Position numbers and translations under genes: made by a program
Source: Macrostomum hystrix
Lineage: Eukaryota; Animalia; Platyhelminthes
Length of the DNA stretch: 64,000 bases
Direction: 5' to 3'
Assembly: GCA_950097015.1 (NCBI GenBank)
Contig: CATNEN010000007.1
Location: forward strand, 8,184,001-8,248,000
The notes under the pieces: model-generated
Seen by the model: only the letters and a program-made list of their open reading frames with translations
Databases searched by the model: none
What the model was told of the DNA's origin: nothing
In this document: piece after piece, positions 13,002-30,935 of the stretch
How the letters are laid out: each line of letters opens with the position of its first letter
Position numbering within the stretch: position 1 is the stretch's first letter

Positions 13002-14210
13002 ATGGGTCTGGGCATGTCCGTGTTCAATTTCACCACGGACTTTCACCAGCCAGGCGAGCTGTACCAGTGCGGCCCAAACGACTCCAGGGACCTGTGCAGC
13101 ATGAGTCGGGTGCTCACCTTTCTAGTTGGCTACCTGTTTCCGCCCATCGCCGTCTTTGGCGTGCTGTCAAACTTCTTTGCCATTTTCATCTTCCTGTTCC
13201 AGCTGGATCGCAAGCGGCTGAATTTGTACCTGGCCTTCCTGGCCTTCTGCGACAATCTCTGCCTCATTGTGTACGGCTGGCTGTGGTACTTCCCGGCCAA
13301 GACGCTGCCCTTTCTGTCAAACAAGCAGCTGTACTTTTATCCCTGGAATCACGGCGTGCTCATCTGCAAGTTCCACCGATTCGGCATGGCCTTTGTGTCC
13401 ACAATGTCCACCACTGCTCAGCTGCTTATAACGGTTAGAAAAAAAATGATAAAATACTTTAGGAAGGCCAATTAGAGGAATAGAGAGTAATGAGGGGGGC
13501 ATTGGGGCAACAGAATACTCATTGGAAATCCGGCCCGCCCGCAGGTGGACCGCTGCCTGAGCATATACTTTCCACTGCGCTTTGCCAACGCGTCCAACAA
13601 GCGCGCCTGGTACGGCATGGGCGTCGTGACGCTCTTCTCCCTGGTGGTGTCTGCGCCCTACTTCTACCTCATGGGCTACTCGCTGACCAGCGAAGGCCAG
13701 CGCGTCTGCTACTTCGCCGACAGCAACAACTACTTCTGGCAGGTGACCAACGTGCTGTTCAACAACTGCGGCCTCATACAGGTGACGCTGATGATCGTTG
13801 CGAACTGCCTGCTCACCGTGCGCCTCATTCGGTACAGGCGTGACCGCGCCAACCTCACCGAGGGCTCCAAGAATCCCAGCCTGTCCTCCAGCGAGGTGTC
13901 CGCCAGCGTCGTACTCGTCATCCTGAGCGTCATCATGATTGTCGGCTCGCTGCCGCAGACGGTGGGCCAGACCATGGCCATGATTGTGGTGAATGACCCG
14001 GTGCTGGTGCTGTTCGCCTACACCCTGTTCGACACCGGCTCCACCATCTTCTTCATCCAGCAGTCCATCAATGTCATCGTCTACTTCACCAGAATGTCGG
14101 ACTTCCGGCGCGCCACCATCGGCTGCTTCTGCTTCTGCCGAAGGAATGGCGGCGGTGGACGCGGCGACTCCAGCGTCAGCTACGCATCCTCCAAGGTTAC
14201 GGGCGTCTAA
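13002..14210 (+). CDS. Rhodopsin-class (class A) orphan/peptide-receptor-like GPCR, ~365 aa
   Basis: Exons 13002-13433 and 13545-14210 (phase 0, GT-AG). Seven hydrophobic segments; TM1 GVLSN, TM2 LAFCD, TM3 C...TVDRCLSIYFPL (DRY variant), ECL2 Cys, TM6 LP, TM7 SINVIVY. Confidence 0.92.
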
Positions 14211-15162
14211 AAGAATTCTCCTTATAACAATGGACCCGACAAGTTGAGCACTGCCGAACTAATCTAGTGGGGCAGTTGTGAATATTATCTGTCAAAACAA
14301 TATACAATTTCATCATTTTACCAAACCCCGCTTGGCCAGCCTAACTGAGCAATGCGAGTCGCGAGCAGACGTCGCAGGCGCCTGTGGTCTCTCGCTTGCT
14401 GCTCTCTCGCAACAAACAGTTATTTAGCAGACTAACTGTGTTGGCTGCTGTCTATATTGAAAACGCATTTTGTTTGTTAATCTTGTCAGTTTATTTCACT
14501 TCTTGCACATTAAAAATACGAGCGTATGTTCAAGAATGTTAAAGTAGCTCGTATTTTCATAGTTAAAGAACATAGGTCCTGTATAAATTGATACTTCCAG
14601 GATACAAAAATCGAAATTTGATGACCATTCATACAACAGCTAAAAAAGTAGGCGGTGCACTTTTCAAGCAGAATCGCTAAAGTACACGCGCACTCAGCAC
14701 CAGAAGTTGGCCTCTCTTGCCTCTGGTATTCAATTCTGTTACCAAGAAACAGTAGAGGTCTACATACCCTCCCGCTCTCTCCTCTATCTGCAGTCATTTC
14801 TTCGGGCGAGGCCAAGGCGAAAGTACGGAGATAGAGCGGCGAGGAGGAGGGGAGGGAGACTTGTAACTTACAGAACGCTGCGGTGTACACTGCAAGTTTG
14901 GTCACATTGCCGGACAGCCGCCTGAGTAAGGGGGTGAGAGAGAGAATATACTTTTCAGACCGCCGTGTCGCGCTCCCCAATGCCCAGCCCTGAGCCTGCC
15001 CTCTCGCTCTGCAACCCAAGTTAAAAACTTAGAGGCCAAAATTTAACCAGAGCTCAGAGACGGGCAGCTCCGGTCTGACGCCGCATCTCTGTGCGCTCCT
15101 CCCGCCCGCTGAATAAGAAGTCCGAAGCCCCACCGCAGCCTGAAGCCAGCGCCAGCGCTGAC

Positions 15163-17109
15163 ATGACCGGCGTCAGCGTCCGCTGGCAGCGAGTCCTGGC
15201 CGTGGTCCTCGTCAGCGCCGTCTTCTTTAGCGACCAGATGCTCACCACGGTCATCATCCCGATTGTTCACGACCAGCTCTGCCGATCGGCCGCGTCCGCT
15301 GCCGTCGAGGCCGACTCTTCTGACGCAGTTATTGCCAACCTGAACTCGGCAGCGGTCGTCAGCAATGCCAGCTCGACTGGTTGCGTCGAGTCAGACGTGA
15401 AAATTCAATCGGCCTTCCTGGTTGGCCTGAAGGGCCTGGTGCAGATCGTCATGAACCCGCTGATCGGCAAGCTCATCGACCTGCTGTTCCCTGCGGCCAT
15501 CCTTCTGGTTGGCATCGCAGCCGACTGCGCCTCCATTCTGCTGTACGGCCTCGGCGACGCCTACTGGGTGTTTCTGCTGGCGCGGGCTGTCAACGGCATC
15601 GGCAGCGCTGCCATCGGCACTAGCGGCCTAGCCCAGGTGGCGGACTCCTTCCCCTCACTGAGGATGCGCAACCGAGCCATCGGCATCGCCAACTTCGTCC
15701 TGTTCTCGGCCAACGCCCTGGGCCCAGCCTACGGCGGCTTCATCTACGAGCGCACGGGTCGCGGCGTGGTGTTCCTGGCCTACCTGCCGATGTTCCTGGC
15801 CACCGCCTGCCTGCTGGCGCCGCTACTGAGGCAGGGGCTGGTGCGGCGGCATAGGCGGCGGTCCGAGGGTAAGCGGTCTAGAAGGCTGTGCCAGAGATCC
15901 TGGTCCAAGTGTCGGTAGATGGGATCTGTCGACGTCTCTAGAGAGGAGTCTTAGGAGTGTCTAGAGATGCCCATCAATCAGAGTGTCTAGAGATTCCCAT
16001 CAATCAGAGTGTCTAGAGATGTATTTCATCCGAGTATCTAGATATGTATTTAATCCGAATATCTAGAGATGCCTGTAGATCTCATTTACGATCACGTTCG
16101 TGGGACACCTGCTGATTTTCTAAGTTTACATTACATCCGCTATGTGACACAGATCTCAAACGCAAGGCGGATTCGGATTTGATCATTTTTGTTGGTCATG
16201 TCGGAGAAGTTTTCCTTCCTTTTTTTAAATTTCGCTTATCAACCTTGACGCATCGTCTGCTCAGATAAAACTAACGAGCCGCCGCATCAGCAGCAGCAGC
16301 CAGAGGAGGCGGCCGCCACAGCTTCCTTGTCAGCAGCCTCATCATCTGCCGCATCGGCGGCTGTCGCAGTCGACGCCGACAAGCTCGTAGCCGACGATGA
16401 TGACGAAGAAGCGAAGAAGCGGCCAAGACCGACGCCGCTGTGGCGGCTGCTGATGGACCCGCACATCGTGGCCTGCGCCGGCGGCCTGATCGTTGCCAAC
16501 CTGTCGCACAACTGCCTGGCCGCCACGCTAGGCATCTGGATGCACCACCGCTACGACGCCACCGACACGCAGAAGGGCCTCGTCTGGCTGCCCACCCTGC
16601 CGTTTCACTTCGCCGCCACCGTGGCCAGCGTGTGGCTCTGCAACCGAGCGCCGGCCTGGCGTGGCTGGATCGCTGCCGCCGGCCTTGTCCTGGGCGGCGT
16701 GGCCTGCGCCCTGCTGCCCTTCATGCCGGGCAAGGCCTGGTGCACGCTGCCCATTGGCCTTGTGTTTGCCAGCATCGCCGTGCTGGACGTGACGCTGCTG
16801 CCGCTGCTCAGCCACTTGGTGGACCGGCGGCACACGCCAGTCTACGGCTCCGTGTCCTGCATCGCACACGCTTCCTTCAGCATCGCCACAGCGTTTGGCG
16901 CCTTCGCCGCTGGGCCAATATTTCTGCACCTGGGCTTTGAATACCTGTTTGTCATCCTGTGCGTTGTGTGCCTGGCCTACGCACCGGTTGTTTTGGTCAC
17001 TAGCAGGATTTATAATCGACACGAGGATTTCTGCAGCCAGCAATTGCAGCAGGCACAGCAACAGCAGCAGCAGCAGCAGCATCAGCAGCATCAACCATCT
17101 AAGGCATAG
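15163..17109 (+). CDS. Divergent SLC18A-family MFS vesicular amine/acetylcholine transporter-like protein, ~516 aa
   Basis: Exons 15163-15868 and 16265-17109 (phase 1, GTAAG...TCAG). Motifs DQMLTTVIIPI, KGLVQIVMNPLIG, ARAVNGIGSA, DPHIVACAG, LDVTLLPLLSHLVDRRHTPVYGSV match VMAT/VAChT signatures; poly-Q C-terminus. Confidence 0.88.
15905..16082 (+). repeat. Short degenerate ~26-bp repeat with TCTAGAGAT core in the SLC18 intron
   Basis: Repeated gtgtctagagatgcccatcaatcaga-like units. Confidence 0.7.
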
Positions 17110-18238
17110 CATTATAAGCAGTAGATCGCCATTTTGCCCATCTAGCATTAACCACATTCGATAACTTTAATAAAAATCAATCCCAATATATAGCAGCATT
17201 GTTAACATGACAGGAATCATCTTACGGCAAAACTAGGTATCAACGAGACTAACCTCTGGGAAACTCATTTCATTTCTATTTTGACTTAATGAAGATGCAA
17301 GGTCAGGATGCATCTGTTTAAACATGGGTGGGCATTTCCAACGGCGCTTATCACGAATCGATGTTTAGGACCAAGCGTTTAGGATTTTTCCACTTGACCT
17401 TGAAGTCCCAAGGCCTGAACTGAGGAAGCCCAGACCCATGTACCAGCTGATGTACATTCGGCCGCATGTACATTCGTGGTCTGAAAGAAGTTCTCTATGG
17501 CTAGAAAAAGAGGGTCACGTTTTGGCCACATATTTAATGGTGCAGTATTCGCTCTTCGATTTTTGTTTTTGTTAAAGTCGCGCCCCGAGCGGACCAATTT
17601 AAATGACGCGTAGACTTAAATTTTCTTACAGGCCTGAACTAAAGAAGATGATCAAATTGTTCGGTTTTATAATTTGTCTTTTAATTATCGAATCTGAAAA
17701 GAAAAGTAGTTATTCCTTCGATATTTCGTAGTTCAAACTTCATAGTTGCACAATTTGCTTAAAAGTAGCATAGATCTTTTTGCAATATTTTATACATTTT
17801 TGTTTTCAGTTTCTTAGATAGAGTAACAACTTTTGAAAGCGTTTTTCTTTCCTCTTCGCCAAGGATTCGAAGCGCCAGAAGCTAATGTTCCTACTGTAAG
17901 TAGGAGAAACGCTTGCAATCTTCTCTATTCTTCCTTTTCTTTTTTTCTTATTGCTAAGACCGTGGAGAGTATTTTTTACGAAAATAAAACAGGTCGAACA
18001 TGCAGTCTTCTGCATATGTTCCTTCACTAATTTTGTATTAAAAGTCAAGCAATAAGAAACATGAGAAAATTATTTGCACTGTTAATACTCGAGGAGGGCA
18101 GAACACTGCTGTTCAGTCTGAAGGGAATTCAGATAAGAGCACGATCAATAAAGACTAAAGTGACGAACAAGCTGACAGGTGGGTAATCTTCGCACCTCTG
18201 ATTGCAAATCTGAGATCCGACTGAGATTATTGGCTGAT

Positions 18239-21200
18239 TTAGGCCATAGACAATGCAGACATCGGCTGACTGTCCCGAGGCTCCAACAAGCCTAGCCTGC
18301 GGATGATAGTGTACTGGTCCGGGATCTCCATCAGCACAGCCACGGCGAATGCGATCTCCGGGTTGTGCCGGTTCTCGCTGACGGTGGCGTGGTAGTTCAC
18401 GAAGCGGAAGTTATCAAACTGGCGCTTCGGCAGCTGCTTGTCGAATTCCACCATCATGTCCCAGGGACCGTCGCCCACGCCTGCGATGGAGGAGGCAGGG
18501 TCACTTTCGGACTGAGTGAGTGAGCAGTGTTGGTGAACGATTGGACTGAGTGACTGAGCAGTGTTGGTGAATGATTGGACTGGGTGAGTGAGCAGTGTTG
18601 GTGAATGATTGGACTGAGTGACTGAGCAGTGTTGGTGAATGATTGGACTGGGTGAGTGAGCAGTGTTGGTGAATGATTGAACTGAGTGACTGAGCAGTGT
18701 TGGTGAATGATTGGACTGGGTGAGTGAGCAGTGTTGGTGAACGATTGGACTGAGTGACTGAGCAGTGTTAGTGAATTATTGGACTGGGTGAATGAGCAGT
18801 GTTGGTGAATGATTGGACTGGGTGAGTGAGCAGTGTTGGTGAATGATTGGACTGGGTGAGTGAGCAGTGTTGGTGAATGATTGGACTGAGTGAGTGAGCA
18901 GTGTTGGTGAATGATTGGACTGGGTGAGTGAGCAGTGTTGGTGAATGATTGGACTGGGTGAGTGAGCAGTGTTGGTGAATGATTGGACTGGGTGAGTGAG
19001 CAGTGTTGGTGAATGATTGGACTGGGTGACTGAGCAGTGTTGGTGAATGATTGGACTGGGTGAGTGAGCAGTGTTGATGAATTTTTGGACTGGGTGAGTG
19101 AGCAGTGTTGGTGAATGATTGGACTGAATGAGTGAGCAGTGTTGGTGAATGATTGGACTGGGTGAGTGAGCAGTGTTGATGAATTTTTGGACTGGGTGAG
19201 TGAGCAGGGCTCATCCATAAGCCCTCTGGTCTGTCCTTGAGTTCAGCTGCTCACCAATGGTTATTATACTCAGCGGCCACAGAGACGCCATCTCGATAGC
19301 CTCGACTGTCTCGCGCTCGCAGACGACCTGTCCGTCGGCCACGATGACCAGGATGTGGTAGGAGCCGGTGGCGCGGCAGATCTGGACCGCCTTCTCGATT
19401 AGCGGCGCAAAGTTCGTCGGTCCGCTGAACTGGGCGGTGCAGGCGCGGTTGCAGTAGGCCTTGAACACGCCCTGCAAAGAAAGCCGAAGCTGTCACTTAT
19501 TGTCTCATTTTCCTATTGTGAATAGAAATAGCTGCAGAAAACTAGTCAGGACTAAAATGCACCTGGAATCCGCAGCAGGTGTCCTCCGAGCCCAGCGGAA
19601 AAACTGCGCCATTTTTGTAGCGAAAGTCGCCGAACCCGAAGGCCGGAATGTGTCCGTCGCCATCTGTCTGGAAGGCCTCCATGGTCTCGCCAAGGGTGAT
19701 AATGACGCTCTGGTAGGGATTCAACCCGCCACTGCGAAGGTCGTGCAGACTGCGACCTCCAAAGCTCTCGGTGCCCTGAGAATCGGTGTTAGTGTAACTG
19801 CCATATGCTCTAGCCATGTGTACTTCTGATTGAGCTTCTGAGTTCATGAGTGAGTTCATGAGTGAGTTCAAGAGTGTGTTGATGAGTGAATTTAAGAGTG
19901 AGTTAATGAGTGAGTTAATGGGTGAGTTGATGAGTGAGTTCATGAGTGAGTTCATGAGTGAGTTCATGAGTGAGTTCATGAGTGAGTTGATGGGTGAGTT
20001 AATGAGTCAGTTCATGAGTGAGTTCATGAGTGAGTTCATGAGTGAGTTCATGAGTGAGTTGATGGGTGAGTTAATGAGTGAGTTGATGGGTGAGTTAATG
20101 AGTCAGTTCATGAGTGAGTTCATGAGTGAGTTCATGAGTGAGTTCATGAGTGAGTTGATGGGTGAGTTAATGAGTGAGTTCAAGAGTGAGTTCAAGAGTG
20201 AGTTCATGAGTGAGTTAATGGGTGAGTTGATGAGTGAGTTCAAGAGTGAGTTCATGAGTGAGTTCATGAGTGAGTTCATGAGTGAGTTGATGGGTGAGTT
20301 AATGAGTGAGTTGATGGGTGAGTTAATGAGTCAGTTCATGAGTGAGTTCATGAGTGAGTTCATGAGTGAGTTCATGAGTGAGTTCATGAGTGAGTTGATG
20401 GGTGAGTTAATGAGTGAGTTCAAGAGTGAGTTCAAGAGTGAGTTCATGAGTGAGTTAATGGGTGAGTTGATGAGTGAGTTCAAGAGTGAGTTCAAGAGTG
20501 AGTTCAAGAGTGAGTTCAAGAGTGAGTTCAAGAGTGAGTTAATGAGTGAGTTCAAGAGTGAGTTCAAGAGTGAGTTCAAGAGTGAGTTAATGAGTGAGTT
20601 CAAGAGTGAGTTCATGAGTGAGTTAATGGGTGAGTTAATGAGTGAGTTCAAGAGTGAGTTCAAGAGTGAGTTAATGAGTGAGTTCAAGAGTGAGTTCATG
20701 AGTGAGTTAATGGGTGAGTTAATGAGTGAGTTCAAGAGTGAGTTCAAGAGTGAGTTAATGAGTGAGTTCAAGAGTGAGTTCATGAGTGAGTTAATGGGTG
20801 AGTTGATGAGTGAGTTCAAGAGTGAGTTAATGAGTGAGTTAATGAATGAGTTCAAGAGTGAGTTCAAGTGTGAGTTCAAGAGTGAGTTAATGGGTGAGTT
20901 CATGATTTCATGAGCACTGTTCACTCACTCAGACACATTCCCTGCGACTCACCTGAAAGTTGTTGCTGGCCGTGAAGTCGATGCCGAAGATGAGGTTCGC
21001 GGACTCAAGGCCCGCCTTCCGCAGCGCATCCTTGACCTCGTTGAGGGTGCGGAAACGGTCCGGATTGGACGGGAACTTGGCCAGGCTGCCGGGCAACAGC
21101 CTGTCGGAGTGCTCATGGTGAGTGCACTCGGCCAGGCCGCCAGGATAGCAGTCTTTCTGGGTGAACACGGCCCTAATGAGATACAGCACCAGCCCCACAG

Positions 21201-21285
21201 CCAGCAGGCTGAGCAGCTGGGCCTGCAGGTCGCTGTGGTGCCACCAGTCGTGCAGGAACTCGTAAACGGAGTCGCTCTGGTCCAT
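18239..21285 (-). CDS. Atypical copine-family vWA protein with N-terminal transmembrane helix and no C2 domains, 334 aa
   Basis: Exons 21285-20953, 19775-19563, 19471-19255, 18480-18239 (phases 0,0,1; GT-AG). Motifs GIDFTASN, NPYQ, IPAFGFGD, GPTNFAPLI, YHILVIVADGQV, PLSIITIGVGDGPW, RQFDNFRFV, LMEIPDQY. Confidence 0.93.
18508..19207 (-). repeat. 34-bp minisatellite (sense CACTGCTCACTCACCCAGTCCAATCATTCACCAA) filling copine intron 3
   Basis: ~20 copies. Confidence 0.95.
19838..20905 (-). repeat. 12-bp minisatellite (sense GAACTCACTCAT) filling copine intron 1
   Basis: ~88 copies; gives the artefactual MSEF/NSL ORFs. Confidence 0.95.
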
Positions 21286-22278
21286 GCGGCTCCAACTGTG
21301 CTCTCAGTCTCTACACAATGCTTTGCTCTCTGGTGGCGAAAGGAATTTCACTTTACGAAAATATTTTGCTGCGCGTGTAATTCTGCACAATGTACGCCTG
21401 TGCAACACTCTCCTAACATCTCTGTCCTGTGAGCATGCCTTGCCGAGTCTACCACACCCTATGCCAGAATCTGCACTGCACATTGTACAGAATTGTCCGC
21501 TTATTATTGCCGCTCAATGCAATGAGGCACAGAGACTTGCAGCTGCACACAGGTGGAATCCGAGTGCACTGACGCAAATCTCATCTTGCGACCTTGAGCT
21601 GCGAGTTTTTCTACAAGTTGCCAACAAAAATGCACCGACTGCACTGGAGGCTCAACTCAACTGCACCGATTCATTTCTGAGTTTCTGAATTTTCTGAATT
21701 CTTTTACAAACTTTCACTTTACCGAACTTTTGCAAACCTTTTTTTCGAAGCAATGCTCTGGCACCATATTAGCATTTGCCCTTTGTAGTCATCATTGCGA
21801 CATTTACGAACACTTTCCGGCATTAAGAAGAACAAATTCAAACAGATTCATCTGTTAAAATGCTCTGTTAGCAAAGCACCAAGCAAGGTTATTTCGAGCA
21901 TATCTAGGCTGTGTAGTTCTGAGAAATCTGTCATAATTCTGCAGCAAGTTGCAGTGAAAAAGGAACAAACAGCCTGTCAGCTAGACAAGAGAAATCAAAA
22001 TAGTATTGCATCGCGCCGCAGCCGCTTATAGTGAACTATTTACAATCGTGTATGAATTTGATAAATAAATATTGGATATAATGGAATCATCCACAGTAAC
22101 AAAGTCAACGAGAAAAATCAATAATTACTTGTGCACTACTCAAAATCAGTAGTAAACAAGGCAAGTGAGACACAAAGACAAGAACATTGAAAAAGAGAAA
22201 ATCAATAGTGATTAATGAATGAAATATGCAACTGAAAGTGTCTGAAATAGATTGCTGACAACTGGTCTTTTCAAAAAA

Positions 22279-26861
<4,583 letters not shown>

Positions 26862-27536
26862 TCTTAGTCTTCGGCTGTACTTTTCCTCTGAATGCGCCTT
26901 GAAAGCGAACTGACTGAAATGTCTCGGAGTGAGTGCTGGTGGCTGCTTGGTCAGGGCGTCCCTTTTTTAGCCATGGCCGGGCTGAGCACCCACCCCACCG
27001 CCCAGCGGGTTCCAGCCCAGGCAGCGCCTGAACCAATAGGAGGCCAGCTCGCTTCTTATTGGCGGCTGGCATAGTGGGGCCTGAGCAATTTGGGGCAGTG
27101 CAGCTGATTGTTGCACGATGTACTCACGCATCTGCTCAGGTCCGATCCGCTAATGCCCGGCGGCGCCCCTGCTGCTCAACTCCTTTGAGCAGTCTCCGCC
27201 CACACGGTACACACGGGCAGCACCTGTTTACAATAAATAAATGTGAAAATTGACCTGCGCATCGAATAGGACAGTCTGAGTCTGTGTGCTAGCAACGTGT
27301 TTTTGATAGGAGAGGTGCAAATTGTTCATATTTCATACTCACTTTTTTCATATTTTTTCGTACATAAATGGTCAATAATTAGTGTAAAAACGAATTTAAG
27401 TAAATTTGCTAAGTGGCTTTGCATAGCTGTGTGACAAATTAAGGCCTTATACTGCTCTGTTACAAAAATGATTAACGAAATGCTTTCAAATAATTACCTT
27501 AACTTGTGCCATGAAAATTCGGCCGTTGATAAATTA

Positions 27537-28460
27537 CTCAGTCAATTATCTCATCTATCCCAGTCAATTCTCTCATCTATCCCAGTCAATTCTCTCATCT
27601 ATCCCAGTCAATTCTCTCATCTATCCCAGTCAATTCTCTCATCTATCCCAGTCAATTCTCTCATCTATCCCAGTCAATTCTCTCATCTATCCCAGTCAAT
27701 TCTCTCATCTATCCGAGTCAATTCTCTCATCTATCCCAGTCAATTCTCTCATCTATCCCAGTCAATTCTCTCATCTATCCCAGTCAATTCTCTCATCTAT
27801 CCCAGTCAATTATCTCATCTATCCGAGTCAATTCTCTCATCTATCCCAGTCAATTCTCTCATCTATCCCAGTCAATTCTCTCATCTATCTCAGTAAATTC
27901 TCTCATCTATCTCAGTCAATTCTCTCATCTATCCCAGTCAATTCTCTCATCTATCCCAGTCAATTCTCTCATCTATCCCAGTCAATTCTCTCATCTATCC
28001 CAGTCAATTCTCTCATCTATCCCAGTCAATTCTCTCAGCTATCCCAGTCAATTCTCTCATCCATCCCAGTCAATTCTCTCATCCATCCCAGTCAATTCTC
28101 TCATCTATCCCAGTCAATTCTCTCATCTATCCCAGTCAATTCTCTCATCTATCCCAGTCAATTCTCTCATCTATCCGAGCCAATTCTCTCATCTATCCCA
28201 GTCAATTCTCTCATCTATCCCAGTCAATTCTCTCATCTATCTCAGTCAATTCTCTCATCTATCCCAGTCAATTCTCTCAGCTATCCCAGTCAATTCTCTC
28301 ATCTATCCCAGTCAATTCTCTCATCTATCCCAGTCAATTCTCTCATCTATCTCAGTCAATTCTCTCAACTGTCACAGTCAATTCTCTCAGCTATCCCAGT
28401 CAATTCTCTCATCTATCCCAGTCAATTCTCTCATCTATCCCAGTCAATTCTCTCAATCAA
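27537..28460 (+). repeat. 22-bp minisatellite CCCAGTCAATTCTCTCATCTAT
   Basis: ~42 copies. Confidence 0.95.
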
Positions 28461-30481
28461 TTCTTTGATTTCATTGTCCAAATGACTAGAAAAGCAAGCA
28501 TTGTTCATTAGTTGCATAAATTATGCAGGCCGTGTGTAAAACTACCTGTTTAGTTACCTGAGCTGGTCAGGTAATGCAGTACATTGTGCACAGCAGTCAC
28601 TGAAGCAAGGCATGAATGCATGAGCTGATCTGCACAAAGACAACTAGCTCATTGAGATTGACACACAAAATGAAAGTGAAACCAGTTGATTATTTGTGGT
28701 CAGTTGTTAAATGTCACTGCAGCTCAAATTCTTATATTTGTGTTTAGGAAAATCATTTACTGTCTGTGAGAGATGCCAATCGTGACACTAGCATGGCAAC
28801 TACTGCGGCTCGAACGGCTAGTTGAAGGAAGGTCTATAGGCCTTATCTGTGGGAAAATGACAAAGGAATTGATATTGATATTTGTTCACTGATCTCACAT
28901 GCAGTCTTGTCTGTGTATTTGACATTTGCAAGAATTTTTTATCAAACTATAGCTGGAGGATAACGTTTAGGACCCCTTGTGCGCGGTTGCTAAGATACCG
29001 AAAGTTACTCAACCTGCTCACGAGCTGCTCAAAATCCACAGCGCAATAAATCGTTGGACAGTTTTGTTTGTTCCAATCGGCGCCTCTTGCGGTTAGTTAC
29101 TAACTAGACGGTCATAAATTGCAGCCAAACTCTGTTTCACTAATCCATGCGGCGCATTTGAGGGCAATTAAGTTGTCAATGCTTTTTGAATCGAGATGAA
29201 GGAAGCTGGGTATGACGACTTAGTTGCCAACAAGAATACTTTTTGTTGGTCGTAGAAGAATTTATTGCCGGTAAACAGAACTTGTATAAATTGGCTAATA
29301 AGTCTTTAATTGCTCATGAGAATTTATCCCACATGGTGGGAACAGACTGTCGCCCTAAAAAAGGCAGAGGGATTGTGACGAGTCACTCGATATGGCAAAG
29401 TAATTCAATTGAAACTGTATCGGAATCCCCAGCCAGTGTTGCCATGAGGCAGGCAAACTACAGAATATTCCCAGTGGGTGCCAGCGAAAGAGGCAAGTGT
29501 GAGAATTGTCCCACAATGGGCCCAGACGAAAAGCGAAGTGCGAGAGAGACAGGGAGAGAGGAACGGGAAGGATTGACGCAACGGCGAATGTGCGTTGCGG
29601 GGCCGTTGTTGAGACGGGGCAGACCTGGCTGTGTTTGCCAACTGCTGGGCCAGACAATTTCCTAACACTTGTGAAAACTGCATCAGTTGAGAAAGTGTTC
29701 AAACTCTACAATGCCCCAATTGCGCAATGGCCACACGCCGAGTCAGTCGGGGGTGGGTGCTGGGGGAGATAACCCCGCAGCGGGGATCAGTTGCATGATC
29801 AGGGGATTTGAACCAACGGATAGTGGGCCTTAGGAGCGTAGGGCTAGTGTTGTATATAGGAAACATCATAACATGAAAACAGATTGTTGAAGGATTAGAC
29901 AATGTATTTATGTCCCAATACGAGTCTAGGATTACTGGCCCACCTGTTTGCTGCGTTATTTGCTTGGGGATTAAGGATTTAGTCAGGGATTATTGTCCGT
30001 GACTGGAGTTACTGATAGCGAATGCTCAGCCGAAAATTGTTATCACTTGAAAGCAGACCAGTTTGAATTCGATAATAAATTTAGCAAATCAATTAGAACC
30101 CTTGTAACTGTAGGACTAATTAACCAACTTATTGAATATTTGTGACAACTTTAAACACCACTTCAAACTGACAGGCCTGTCACAGTTACCCATGGTCTGC
30201 AACTATCCACAATTTGAAGTGCCTGAAGTGTCAAAGACCTGTGTTATGATGTCTTGGCATAATATGTTTATTCGAAGCTTGCACTATTTGTGTGTGCATC
30301 ATTAAATAGCAACTAGGAGATGTTTTATATCGCTGGCTTGCAGTTTGTGTCCTTACTAATCACTCACCTATTTCCAAAACCTCTGTTTTCAAATGGTAAT
30401 TACCAATGCAGGAGAGACGCAGATTGAAAGATGTGGAGAGAGGGAGAGTGGAAGGGAAGTGAGACAGAGAAGCAAGTGAAT

Positions 30482-30935
30482 AGGTGGGGAGAGAGGTGGG
30501 GAGAGAGGTGGGGAGAGAGGTAGTGAGAAAAGAAGGGGAAAGCTGGCAGAGAGGTAGAGGGAGAAGCAGGGAGAGAGGTAGGGGGAGAGGTAGGGAGAGA
30601 AGCAGGGAGAGAGGTAGGGGGAGAGGTAGGGAGAGAAGCAGGGGAGAAGCAGGGAGAGAGGTAGGGAGAGAAGCAGGGAGAGAGGTAGGGAGAGAAGCAG
30701 GGAGAGAGGTAGGGGGAGAGGTAGGGAGAGAAGCAGGGAGAGAGGTAGGGAGAGAAGCAGGAAGTGAGGTAGGGAGAGAAGCAGGGAGAGAGGTAGGGAG
30801 AGAAGCAGATAGAGAAGCAGGGAGAGAAGCAGGGAGAGAAGCAGGGAGAGAGGTAGGGAGAGAAGCAGGGAGAGCAGCAGGGAGAGAGGTAGGGAGAGAA
30901 GCAGGGAGAGAGGTAGGGAGAGAGCTAGGGAGGGA
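30482..30935 (+). repeat. 12-bp purine-rich minisatellite AGGGAGAGA(AGC/GGT)
   Basis: Direct reading. Confidence 0.93.

Noticed and set aside
19846-20924. MSEF / NSL repeat ORFs
   Set aside because: 12-bp repeat inside copine intron 1.
29795-29850. tRNA/SINE suggested by B-box-like GGTTCAAATCC on the - strand
   Set aside because: No convincing A-box or cloverleaf.
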